Source: Eledone cirrhosa (Eukaryota). From it: 64,000 bases of DNA. Position numbers and translations under genes: made by a program. Shown here piece after piece: positions 15,903-28,807 of the stretch (positions within the stretch are counted from its first letter, which is position 1; each line of letters starts with the position of its first letter). The DNA is taken from NCBI GenBank assembly GCA_964016885.1, contig OZ024756.1:21576001-21640000 (forward strand), written 5' to 3'. The notes under the pieces are model-generated. The model was not told the origin of the DNA and did no database searches. It was given only the letters and a program-made list of their open reading frames with translations.

Positions 15903-17100
15903 GGGGGGGGTTAAATTCACGTCAAGGTTCATTGCTCGCAAAAATAGCTTGTTTTGATTTTGCAGCAGGTCAAGGGAGGTAACTCTGGCCGGTGTTAGGG
16001 CAGTCTTTCCCGGACAAATATTGATCCGTTACAAGATGAGGTTACAACCTTACCATTGTCGATACGCACAGAGTTATGTAACCAACGCTTATTTTGAGAC
16101 GTTTGTTTTTCCGCATCTGTTTGTCTGGGTCGTTTGAGGCTGGGCCTGGTATGCATGGTTAGTTTCCTGGGTGTTATTTTGCAGCGCCTGCCAGCCGGGG
16201 TGTTAAAACTTGTTGCAGGGAGATCAGGTGCATGGTTTCACTCCTCATCTTTAACCCATCTGAAGAAGGATATTTTTAAGCGATGTGTACAACCTATCGC
16301 TGTTTCGGCTCTGCTGTTGATGAGTTCGTGGTGTGCAGTTATGATGTGGTAGAGCTCCATGAGGCAAAGATCGCACTTCCTCTTGAAGTTGTACGGTGCA
16401 GCCCTGTCGACAATATCCCAGTGCGTGGAGAAGCTGATGTTTGAGTCCTTTAGTGAAGTGATGTAGTCCGCGAGCGAAGCGGAGTGTCTTAGTTTTTTAT
16501 TTGTGAAAGAGTGGAGATGTGTTCGAAACCTAATTTTGAACGGGCCGGAGGTAGCCCCTATATAATGTTTAACGCTATTGTGGCTAGTTACAATGCATCT
16601 ATATATAACCCTATCAGTCAAGCAGTATCCTCTAAGGGGCAGCGTCCTCTGTTGCGGCAGTTGCAATTTCTGTCGCGGTTCCGTCTATTTCCCACGGTAA
16701 GGCTATCATTGTTGCTGCCTACGTTGTTACCTACGCTACCGCAGCTGTCGTTAGCACCATTACAACCCACAGCACGCGGGGTGGTGCGATTGTTATTCCG
16801 CACGTCATGTTCTGCATGTTCCCCAGTCATTTCGCGGTTATGCTGGTTGCGTCTGCGGAGGCCGTTGCCAACACTATTGGATGCTGCTAGGGAGTTGTTA
16901 AGGACGATACAGTTATTGTCAGGTGTAGGTGCGTCTGTCTCGAGGTGCTCTGTCTTGGTGATCTTACTGTGGTTCGTTGTTCCTATGATGTCTGCTAGGT
17001 TAGGTGTAGTAGAGAAGGATATTTTTATATTGTTCCTATTAAGAATTTTTCTATACCTATGGTTGGGCGGGAAGTTCTCAGAAACCATACCATGCGACAC
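15600..17100 (-). mobile_element. 5'-truncated Penelope-like element: GIY-YIG end, 3' UTR, variant HHR and polyA signal
   Basis: See the pseudogene entry; on minus, cTTGAGAA-gccca ac tgggc-GAAACgtacgca at 15795-15832 is followed by AATAAA at 15782-15787. Confidence 0.85.
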
Positions 17101-17103
17101 CAC
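16238..17103 (-). pseudogene. Penelope-like RT C-terminal linker plus GIY-YIG endonuclease, with one frameshift
   Basis: FPPNHRYRKILNRNNIKISFS..NL..II...CNCRNRGRCPL/RGYCL..VIYRC..HYIGATSGPFKIRFRTH..SF..CDLCLMEL..LINSR.E...CTH; the two ORFs join by adding one C in a C-run near 16636-16639. Confidence 0.85.
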
Positions 17104-17465
17104 ACATCACCACATCACACCACACAACACCACAACACACTAAACCCTACCACATGATACGACATACCACAACACAACACTACACTACACCACACTAAAC
17201 GTCACACGACACTAAACCACAACACAACACATTACATAAAACAACACCACACAGCACAACACAAAACTAAACGACATGACGCTTTACCATACTGCATCAC
17301 ACATCCCATAATACACCACACCACAAAACACACCATACCAACAACCACACCACCAACCACACCACCAACCACACCACCAACCACACAACACAACATAACA
17401 CACCACACCACCAACCGCACGACACACCGCACCAAACCACACAATACAACACCATAACTCACGAC
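17100..17465. repeat. Degenerate (CACCA/CACAA) low-complexity tract
   Basis: Direct reading. Confidence 0.85.
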
Positions 17466-17519
17466 ATCCCTACATCAAGACAACGCAGGTAACAATACAA
17501 CACCTTACGGCACCCTACA

Positions 17520-19140
17520 ACTTGTTGCAGCACTGTACACCATTATAAGACAGTCTACACCATCCAAATTGCACCACTGTTGCACCACTGCACAAAATAA
17601 GACAGCGTACACCATCCAAGTTGCACCACTACACCATTATAAGACAGTGTACACCATCCAAGTTGCACCACTACGCCATTATAAGACAGCGTACACCATT
17701 TTAGGACAGCCTACACTATCTGAGTTGCACCACTACGCCATTATGAGACAGCGTACACCATCCAAGTTGCACCACTACGCCATTATAAGACAGTGTACAC
17801 CATCCAAGTTGCACCACTGTACACCATTATAAGACAGCGTACACCATCCAAGTTGCACCACTGTACACCATTATAAGACAACGTACACCATCCAAGTTGC
17901 ACCACTGTACACCATTATAAGACAGCGTACACCATCCAAATTGCACCACTACGCCATTATAAGACAGCGTACACCATCCAAATTGCAGCACTGTACACCA
18001 TTATAAGACAGCGTACACCATCCAAGTTGCACCACTACGCCATTATAAGACAGCGTACACCATCTGAGTTGCACCACTACACCATTATAAGACAACGTAC
18101 ACCATCCAAGTTGTACCACTACACCATTATAAGACAGCGTACACCATCCAAATTGCAGCACTGTACACCATCCAAATTGCAGCACTGTACACCATTATAA
18201 GACAGCGTACACCATCCAAGCTGCACCACTGTACACCATTATAAGACAGCGTACACCATCTGAGTTGCGCCACTACACCATTATAAGACAGCGTACACCA
18301 TCCAAGTTGCACCACTGTACACCATTATAAGACAGCGTACACCATCTGAGTTGCACCACTACACCATTATAAGACAGCGTACACCATCCAAGTTGTACCA
18401 CTACACCATTATAAGACAACGTACACCATCCAAGTTGTACCACTACACCATTATAAGACAACGTACACCATCCAAGTTGTACCACTACACCATTATAAGA
18501 CAACGTACACCATCCAAGTTGCACCACTGTACACCATTATAAGACAACGTACACCATCCAAGTTGTACCACTACATACCATTATAAGACAACGTACACCA
18601 TCCAAGTTGTACCACTACACCATTATAAGACAACGTACACCATCCAAGTTGTACCACTACATACCATTATAAGACAGCGTACACCATCCAAATTGCAGCA
18701 CTGTACATCATTATAAGACAGCGTACACCATCCAAGTTGTACCACTACATACCATTATAAGACAGTGTACATCATACAAGTTGCACCATTGTTGCACCTC
18801 TGTACAACATAAGACAGCGTACACCATCCAAGCTGCATCACTGTTTCACCACTGTACACCATTATAAGACAGTGTACACCATCCAAGCTGCACACCTGTT
18901 GCATCACGGTTGCACTACTGTTGCATCACTGTTGCACCACTACACATCATAAGACAGTGTATACCATCCAAGTTACAGCACTGCACAGATGCGCCACTGT
19001 CCACCATTATAAGACAGCGTACACCATCCAAGCTGCACCCCTGTCGCACCACTACACACCATTATAAGACAGCGTACATCCTCCAAGTTGCAACACTGTT
19101 GCATTAACGTGCAACAGCACTATACAACACTATAAGACAC
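17520..19140. repeat. 42/44-bp minisatellite, roughly 35 copies
   Basis: Unit ACACCATTATAAGACAGCGTACACCATCCAAGTTGCACCACT(GT); anchors at 18361 and 18403; homogeneous centre, degenerate edges. Confidence 0.97.
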
Positions 19141-19271
19141 ACACGGCAGATTTTGATAGTAAAGCTTAGCCTGGTTTCACTTCACGTGTAAGCAGCTGCC
19201 TTTCATTCATTAGTCATCCTTTTAAAAACTAAAACAAGATGGAGACGGATTTAGGTTGAAATCGTCTTCCG

Positions 19272-19317
19272 TTACCACCATGAGTCATCGCTGAAGCATA
19301 GCCACTGATGCTCCAAA
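19272..19317 (-). CDS. Candidate terminal coding exon of an unidentified host gene
   Basis: Acceptor ccattttcgtcgttttcag; read in phase with the 27020-27124 exon it gives (S)LEHQWLCFSDDSWW*; another frame is also open. Confidence 0.35.
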
Positions 19318-20170
19318 CTGAAAACGACGAAAATGGCGACATTTCAAAGCGATGTGGTTTATCATTTTTTTTTCTTCTTTTTTTTTCTTTTGAGGTACAT
19401 TTTTTTTTTGTATTTTCATTGTTATTTCCTTGTTGATTTCTTGTTGATTTATATTCTCGTTTTGACTGGTGAATGTCTTGTTTGCATCATTGTTTGATTG
19501 GCTTGATTGGCTGATAGCTTGCTATTGAACAATTTCTCCATTTCAAACTATTAATTTTACTACGTGAATGGATTTTATTTGAACGATATAATTGTTTTCG
19601 ACGCGCGCGTGTGTGTGTGTGTGTGTGTGCGTGTGTGTATGCGTTTGTAAATATTTGTTTGTATAAGGGCGTACAAGCAAGTACCCATCCATTTATGGCA
19701 TCACACACAAACATATATACATATATGTATTCATACATATATATATATATGTGTGTATATATACTATATATATGTGTGTGTACATATACTATATATATAT
19801 ATATATATATATAATGTGTGTGTGAGTGAATGAGAATATTATATCTATAGACCAGGATCTGTTAATTGAAATATAAACGGTCAAGAACTATCCATGCGCT
19901 GCAAGTTAGCGTTAACATAGCTGACCTTTGGCTAAGCAGCAGCAATACTGAAATCAGCAGCAACAACTAAAACCGGGTAGTGGTAAAAGAGAAAGGCTTC
20001 TAAGTGATCTCTCCTCCTACAACAAAGCAGTCAAATCTCCCTCGAAGTCATACCCTGCCCTGCTAAATGCCACGTTGGCTAATATTGTCCTAAATATACT
20101 TCTAAGTTAGATCAGGTTTCTGGCTACGACTTCTTATCGTGTCCACAAGTGTTTCAGTTACAAAGCTTGG

Positions 20171-20560
20171 CTAGATGTGGTTCCTACACAGCTGATGATC
20201 ACATTGCTGTCCTTTCTCATTAAACTCTGCCAAGTCCAATGCTGTGCAGGGGTGTTCCAGCAGAGGGCATATCAGGAGGTGCTGCGTAGTCTGTGGTTCG
20301 ATGCCGCTGTCACACACAACTTCCCCATCCTTTAAATATCACCATTTTGCAAGATTGACTTTTGCACGACCAACACCAGATCTTAATCTGTTTAGGCATT
20401 TCCACACTGCATAGTTTGTATCTGCTCCGGGAGACAGTGTCTTGCTCGTCTTTAGCTCCATTGTTGTTACAGATGAGAGGTTGTTAAGGTTTTCTTCCTA
20501 GCGAGTGACTCTTTCACTGCAACTGGTACCATGTAACTCAGTATAACCTGCTTCATGGTT
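20171..20560 (-). mobile_element. Ingi/Vingi-like LINE 3' fragment with zinc knuckle
   Basis: LSPGADTNYAVWKCLNRLRSGVGRAKVNLAKW*YLKDGEVVCDSGIEPQTTQHLLICP..*; LNRLR.G.GR plus a degenerate CxCG..QT..H...C motif; clade assignment from memory. Confidence 0.75.
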
Positions 20561-20582
20561 GAGTGGTCGGAAACTAAATATA

Positions 20583-20760
20583 TAGGGTGGACCAGAATTC
20601 CTGACTCACTTGATTATTTATAGATTATTTATAAATAAAAGAAAAACAAACTATGAGGCATATTAAGAAATAAAATAATAAATTAAAACAATACAATAAA
20701 AATAAAATAAGCATGTTAAGAAATATAACTAACAAGCGAGTCATGAATTCTGGCCCACCC

Positions 20761-20763
<3 letters not shown>
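20583..20763. mobile_element. MITE, Tc1/mariner type
   Basis: TIRs AGGGTGGACCAGAATTCCTGACTCACTTG / CAAGCGAGTCATGAATTCTGGCCCACCCT; AT-rich interior; TA context. Confidence 0.85.
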
Positions 20764-20795
<32 letters not shown>

Positions 20796-20999
20796 AGAGA
20801 GAGACAGCAATCCACGTCATAAATTGTGGACCTCAATCAAGGCAGCCCTCACAAATCTTACCATGATCCTGCATCACCATAACAACTTCTCGCACCTCAT
20901 GTCCCGAGTCTTTGGCAATGACATGTAGATGTATGAGCTAGCAACTTTAGCGACATGTTGCATCATACTACACTAATCCAGAACACGCAACAGTACAGC

Positions 21000-23900
21000 G
21001 CCATCAGATTCACCATCAATGTCGACACCACCCTCCCTACCACCATCAACGCCACCACCATCAATTACATCACCACCACTACTACCACCACCACCACCAC
21101 TACCACCACCACCACTACCAACACCACCAACACCAACACCACCACCAACACCACCACTACCACCACCACCACTACCACCACTACTACCACTAAAGCCACC
21201 ACCACTACTACCACCACCACCACCAACAACAACACTATTAACACCACCACCAACAACAACACTACTAACAGCAGCACCACTACTACCATCACCACCACCA
21301 CCACCATCAATACCGCAACCATCATCACCACCATCATCATCACAATCATCATCAAAGCCAACACTACAATGATGAATATTGGTGATGGTAGTAGTGGCGT
21401 TGGTGGTAGTGGTGGTGGTAGTGTTGGTGGTGTGGATGGGATGACTATTGCATCCCATCCACACCACCAACACCACCACCAACACCACCACTACTACCAT
21501 CACCAATACCACAACCATCATCATCAAAGCCATCATCAAAGCCATCACCACAATGATGACTATTGCGTCACATCTACACCACCAACACTACCACCAACAC
21601 TACCACCAACACTACCACTACTACCATCACCAATACCACAACCATCATCATCAAAGCCAACACCACAATGATGGCTATTGCGTCACATCTACACCACCAA
21701 CACTACCACCAACACTACCACCAACACCACCAATACCACAACCATCATCATCACAGCCATCATCAAAGCCATCACCGCAATGATGACTATTGCGTCACAT
21801 CTACACCACCAACACTACCACCAACACTACCACTACTACCATCACCAATACCACAACCATCATCATCACAGCCATCATCAAAGCCATCACCGCAATAATG
21901 ACTATTGCGTCACATCTACACCACCAACACTACCACCACCACCACCAACACTACCATCACCAATACCACAACCATCATCATCACAGTCATCATCAAAGCC
22001 AACACCACAATGATGACTATTACGTCACATCTACACCACCAACACTACCACCAACACCACCACCAACACCACCACTACTACCATCACCAATACCACAACC
22101 ATCATCATCACAGTCATCATCAAAGCCAACACCACAATGATGACTATTGCGTCACATCTACACCACCAACACTACCACCAACACTACCACCAACACTACC
22201 ACCAACACTACCACTACTACCATCACCAATACCACAACCATCATCATCACAGTCATCATCAAAGCCAACACCACAATGATGACTATTACGTCACATCTAC
22301 ACCACCAACACTACCACCACCACCACCACCAACACCACCACTACTACCATCACCAATACCACAACCATCATCATCACAGCCATCATCAAAGCCAACACCA
22401 CAATGATGACTATTGCGTCACATCTACACCACCAACACTACCACCAACACCACCAACACCACCACCACTACTACCATCACCAATACCACAACCGTCATCA
22501 TCACAGCCAACACCACAATGATGACAATTGCGTCACATCTACACCACCAACACTACCACCAATACCACCACTACTACCATCACCAATACCACAACCATCA
22601 TCATCACAGTCATCATCAAAGCCAACACCACAATGATGACTATTGCGTCACATCTACACCACCAACACTACCACCAACACCACCAACACTACCACCACCA
22701 CCACTACTACCATCACCAATACCACAACCATCATCATCACAGCCATCATCAAAGCCAACACCACAATGATGACTATTGCGTCACATCCACACCACCAACA
22801 CTACCACCACCACCACCACTACTACCATCACCAATACCACAACCATCATCATCACAGCCAACACCACAATGATGACAATTGCGTCACATCTACACCACCA
22901 ACACTACCACCAACACCACCACTACTACCATCACCAATACCACAACCATCATCATCAAAGCCATCATCAAAGCCATCACCACAATGATGACTATTACGTC
23001 ACATCTACACCACCAACACTACCACCAACACTACGACCAACACTACCACTACTACCATCACCAATACCACAACCATCATCATCAAAGCCAACACCACAAT
23101 GATGACTATTGCGTCACATCTACACCATCAACACAACCACCAACACTACCACCAACACCACCACTGCTTCCATCACCAATACCACCACTACTACACCACC
23201 ACCAACACCACCACTACCACTACCACCACCACTACTACCATCACCAATACCACAACCATCATCATCACAGCCATCATCAAAGCCAACACCACAATGATGA
23301 CTATTGCGTCACATCTACACCACCAACACTACCACCACCACCACCACTACTACCATCACCAATACCACAATCATCATCATCACAGTCATCATCACAGCCA
23401 ACACCACAATGATGACTATTACGTCACATCCACACCACCAACACTACCACCAACACCACCAACACTACCACCACCACCACCACCACTACTACCATCACCA
23501 ATACCACAACCATCATCATCATCAGTCATCATCACAGCCAACACCACAATGATGACTATTGCGTCACATCCACACCACCAACACTACCACCACCACTACT
23601 ACCATCACCACCACCACCACTACTACCATCACCAATACCACAACCATCATCATCACAGTCATCATCAAAGCCAACACCACAATGATGACTATTGCGTCAC
23701 ATCCACACCACCAACACTACCACCACCACCACTACCATCACCAATACCACAACCATCATCATCACAGTCATCATCAAAGCCAACACCACAATGATGACTA
23801 TTGCGTCACATCTACACCACCACCATTGTTACGACTACTAACATCACAATCATCATTATCATCCTCACCATAGCGAACGCCCCCCCCCCAACGATGACTA

Positions 23901-24480
23901 TTATACCACCATCACCACAACCACCACCAGCACTATCATCATAACCATCACCATCATCATCATAACAGCCAATGCATCTATGATGTCAATTGCTCCCCTT
24001 TCTACACCACCACCACCACCACCACCACCACCAACACAACCATCATCATCATCATCATAACTGCCAACGCATCTATGATGTCAATTGCTCCCCTTTCTAC
24101 ACCACCACCACCAACACCAACAACACAATCATCATCATCATCATCATCATAACAGCCAAAACCAATATGAAGTCAATTGCTCCCCCTTCTACACCACCAC
24201 CACTACAAACACCACCATCATCATCATCATCATGAGAGCCAGCATTACTATGATGTCAATTGATCCCTCTCCCACACCACCGCCAACGGTACCGCCACCA
24301 CCACCACCACCGCCATCACCACCACCATCACCACCGCCATCACCACCACCACCACCAGAAGGGCCAGCCCACAATGATGACAATTGCGGCCCCCTGCTAC
24401 ACCACCACCACCACCACCTACAACAACAACAACAGCAACAACACCAACTATCATGCCAAACAGAGACATCAACACTATTA
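21000..24480. repeat. (ACC/ACT/ATC) tract containing a ~105-140 bp higher-order satellite (~20 units, 21430-23830)
   Basis: Anchor AATGATGACTATTGCGTCACATCTACACC recurs with variable-length trinucleotide linkers. Confidence 0.95.
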
Positions 24481-24495
24481 CCTTCAACCTCAAAG

Positions 24496-24686
24496 GGCGG
24501 TGGATTGGCAGTATTGGTAGAGAGTCGGACGCCATGCTTTGACGCATAGAGTTACGGCCCTTGCTATTCTGAGTTCAAATCCCGCCGAGGTTAACTTTGC
24601 CTTTCATCCTTACGGGGTCGATAAAATAAAGTACCAGTAATACACTGGTTATTGCTGGCCTTTTGCCTAACGTAGAAACAATTATT
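24496..24686 (+). mobile_element. SINE-1, full length
   Basis: GGCGGTGGATTGGCAGTATTGGTAGAG (A-box-like) .. GAGTTCAAATCCCGCC (B box), central domain resembling the Meta/MESC SINE core, tail GTAGAAACAATTATT. Confidence 0.9.
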
Positions 24687-24927
24687 ACCTTCAACATCAT
24701 AGCCATTGTCATCAGTATTACAACAAGAGCAATGACCCTCCACCACCCACCACCACCAGCATCATCAGCTTCACCTTCACCATCGTCAGCAGCAGACATA
24801 AAGTTAAAGACAGTGACTAATCCAGTTAAAGTACACATGTTAAACTACAGCTGATTGTACACTTTCAGTACACCAATCTATTCTTCTTTATCTCTCTCTC
24901 TCTCCCTCTCTCTCTCTCCCTCTCCCT

Positions 24928-24977
<50 letters not shown>

Positions 24978-25448
24978 CGTTCTTGCTTTCCTCTTATTTA
25001 TAAGTACACCTTATCCAGCAACTATATAGCCCCTGTTTATTCTTTTATATATATATATACTCATATATATATAGATATGTAGGAGGTGAGTTTTATTGTA
25101 GTACAATAAAGCAATGCAGATATCGGATACGAAGCACTCTACAGTTTGTAGGACTGGAGTATACATAATATATAAGATAAAAAACCTCTCTATGTAAAAC
25201 AATATATTTTTCTCGGTTATAAAAGCTATCTCTCTCTCTCTATCACCCATCTCTCCTCCTATCTCATCCTTCCTCATTATACTCCTTCCCACTCCACTTT
25301 TTACTCTCATCTCCTCCTCTTTTTCATCCTCCCCCCCCCTCAACAATTTTTTCCCCCAATATCACACATCAATCTAAAACTACTTCTCGTATGTTGATTT
25401 AAAACAGCACTATCCACAAGTGTTTTTAACCTTCATATCATGTCTTCC

Positions 25449-25519
25449 TATTTTATCTGATGAAAACACAAATGTTATTGCATGATGATATTTGTTTTTG
25501 AAATGCGCATAATAAAATA
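25449..25519 (+). ncRNA. Complete type I hammerhead ribozyme motif
   Basis: tattttat-CTGATGA-(long imperfect stem II)-GAAA-tgcgca-TA-ataaaata; 8-bp stem I, palindromic stem III, AUA cleavage triplet. Confidence 0.8.
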
Positions 25520-25547
25520 CATGGAACTCATTTAACCATCTTTTGAT

Positions 25548-25608
<61 letters not shown>

Positions 25609-25725
25609 CAAGAAAGAAGAGTGACATGGTTCGCTATACAATAAGGGCTTTATTCACATTGCTGACAATTGTTTCTTTGATCTGGTAGGTCTAGAGTTCG
25701 CTACCCGCCTGATTTTGCGTCAATC

Positions 25726-25790
<65 letters not shown>

Positions 25791-25836
25791 ATATATATAT
25801 ATATATATAGCTGCTTCTAACTCAATCTATCTATCT

Positions 25837-25968
25837 GTTATTTTATTTTGATACATACTTTATTGTAATTTATTAATGTTAAAGTTTATACGATTTTTAT
25901 GTAAAACCCCCGCCGTCACGTCTTGTAATGTCTCATTTCTTGTACGCCCTTGTGAGAAATAAAGAAAG
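25837..25968 (+). mobile_element. Tx1/L1-like 3' UTR tip in (TATC)n
   Basis: ..tttatgtaaaacccc..gcccttgtgagaaataaagaaag-atatctatc; similar to 59100-59217; TCTA repeats on both sides. Confidence 0.65.
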
Positions 25969-26341
25969 ATATCTATCCATTTATCTATCTTTTATCTATT
26001 TATCTACCTATTTATATATCTATTATTTAAGACAGTTTCCATGTTTCGCTTTTCAGCTAGTTTGCCTGAGATAACACTCTATTTTCTTGTTTCTCTCTTG
26101 CTAATTGTCTGATGTAATTTAAAGTTTCCGTTCCCTCCTGTTTGTCTTTCAACCCTGGATATTGACGAATCTATTTTGCCCCGTCATTACCCCTTTGTCC
26201 TGTTTAATTCCTAACAGCTGGTGAGATAAATTTCCCTGTGGCTGAGGTATATTCTGCACATGAGTACTTACCATCCTCAATACGGACAACTCGGATTTCC
26301 TTTGACACAACACTACTTCTTATAATTATATATAGATGTAA

Positions 26342-26670
26342 GCCGCATGGCTTAGTGGTTAAAACGTCGGGCTTACAATCGTGAGGTTGTGAGTCCTAGT
26401 CTCGGACCGGGATTTGCGTTGTGTTCTTGAGCAAGACACTTTATTCCTTGTTGTTCCAGATCACTCAGCTGTAGAAATGAGTTTGCGACGTCACTTGTGC
26501 CAAACTGTATCGGCCATTGCTATTCTCTTGGACATCATTGGTGGCGTGGAGAGGGGAGGCTGGTATGCATGAGCGACTGCTGGTCTTCCACGAACAACCT
26601 TGCCAGGACTTGTGCCTCGAGGGGGGGAAGGGTGCAAATCCCATGGTCATTCGTTACAAAAGGGGACATA
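26342..26670 (+). mobile_element. tRNA-derived SINE family 2
   Basis: gcatggcttagtggttaaaacg (A box)...gttgtgttcttgagcaagacactt...ctcagctgtagaaatgagt; other copies at 34055, 37610, 53945 and 63795. Confidence 0.85.
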
Positions 26671-26678
26671 TATATAAC

Positions 26679-26712
<34 letters not shown>

Positions 26713-27019
26713 CTGTCTGTATGTGAGTGTGTTTGTGTTTCAGTATATTTCTATATAAGTATGTATACGTACACATTTATATGTATACAGACGTACAGTA
26801 GTATGCATATACATACATACATACATGCACACATATATATATATATATGTACGTATGGGTTTACCGAACATTTATTATAATGTTCGGTTTGTTTGTAAAC
26901 AAACAGCCCGAATTATTAGCCGTACAGTGTTCGGCAACCATCGTTGCCCCTTTGTTCAACACTGACAAAGGAACGATGAACTAATTTCTAGCTTGTTAGC
27001 TGTCATCAGCACCGTTTAC

Positions 27020-27124
27020 CTTCCTGTCAATCGATTGAACGTTTGAAAGTATATACTTTCCTTATGCATATTAACGGCTGAGCAGCCTAATTTGCATATC
27101 GAGTGAGTTAGTCGGCCGGGCGTA
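27020..27124 (-). CDS. Candidate 105-nt internal exon of an unidentified host gene
   Basis: Strong acceptor tttctttttttcatttatcgttttcag, donor aag|gtaaac; only one open frame: TPGRLTHSICKLGCSAVNMHKESIYFQTFNRLTG. Confidence 0.45.
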
Positions 27125-27544
27125 CTGAAAACGATAAATGAAAAAAAAGAAATTTCATTTCTCATTCTTAGTACGGCTGATACTTGAATATAAGTATATA
27201 TACGTACATACATATATGTATACAGACGTACAGTAGTATGTATATATTATATTTCTATAAATGTGAATATATATATAGATACATATATGTGTTTGTGTGT
27301 ATAAATATCCAAACAATGGTCCTATGTAGAGGTCTTCTGTAAAAAAGTTTGGTAATCCTTTGTTTTAAGATAACAGCGAAATGCCGGTAGTTTCCTTGAA
27401 TGAAAATATTCTTTTTTTTTTTCAATTTCATCTACATCGTTATCTGTACGTACGAAACTCTTTCTTTGCATAATATATATTAGTAAGCAAGTTATTACGG
27501 AATAAACTAAGGCGGGGCACCACCACCGTCTTTATATTGTATAT

Positions 27545-27598
<54 letters not shown>

Positions 27599-27602
<4 letters not shown>

Positions 27603-27749
27603 AAGAGTAAGACCCCGACGGCTGGACGTCGAAACGGCTTGAGCTCAGCCGTCGGGGTCTTACTCGTTCCTATTACCCACTCTACTACCATAAGTATTGA
27701 GTACTTTGGTGCGTTATGGTCCACCTGGTTCCTTACCACATTTCCTTCG

Positions 27750-27752
<3 letters not shown>
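27599..27752 (+). mobile_element. Family A element with fold-back head
   Basis: (TA)n-aggaagagtaagaccccgacggctg..GAAACGGCTTGAGCTCAGCCGTC-ggggtcttactcgttccta...ttccttcgt-(TA)n. Confidence 0.85.
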
Positions 27753-27800
<48 letters not shown>

Positions 27801-27810
27801 TACATGCATA

Positions 27811-27892
27811 TATAGGCGTCCCAAAAAATATATACACATATCTAATACAATGTTGTTGAAATGTGTATACATTCTTTGGAACACCCTGTATA
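27811..27892. mobile_element. ~80-bp Tc1/mariner-type MITE, degenerate
   Basis: tataggcgtcccaaaaaatatatacacat / atgtgtatacattctttggaacaccctgtata. Confidence 0.6.
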
Positions 27893-28040
27893 TATCAGGT
27901 TTAATATTGAAACCGCTTGTACAGGACTAGAACTGTAGAAGAATCCATTTCTATATTAAACACGAAGTTTACACTCGATTAATGTATTGAGTACCTTACT
28001 TACTTTGGTTATCCTCTCTCCCATTGAACTCGGGACTCGC

Positions 28041-28086
<46 letters not shown>

Positions 28087-28188
28087 AGAGTCAGGACCCC
28101 GACGGCTGAGCTCCGGCCCTTTCGAGAGATAGCTCTAGTTGTGTGTTTGCGCGCGTGTACACGCCCACGCGCGCGCGCGCGCGCACCC

Positions 28189-28219
<31 letters not shown>

Positions 28220-28520
28220 ACACACAGTCTAGATGGCTCAGTGAATTACTGAAGTGGTACCAAAACAAGCACTCTATGCACAGGACAGAGCGTATATAAA
28301 AAAAAAAAAAACATTTTTCGTCACATCACCAGTCTGGGGAGCAGATCGATAGTGGAGTTGAGTCCATAACTCCTATGGGTGACTTTGCACCAATCCTCTG
28401 CGAAACGCGCGTAACAGGTCGATACACAACATTATATCTTTTATATGTAAACGAAACTTCCTCGTTTTTTGCTATTATATATATATACATATATATACAT
28501 ATATATATATATACATATAC

Positions 28521-28800
<280 letters not shown>

Positions 28801-28807
28801 CATATAG

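Noticed and set aside
17520-19140. CRISPR-like appearance of the 42-bp array (also the 31-bp and ~120-bp arrays)
   Set aside because: Head-to-tail tandem units with no unique spacers, no cas genes, eukaryotic context
24496-24590. tRNA genes at A/B-box sites
   Set aside because: The boxes belong to SINE heads; no complete cloverleaf is evident
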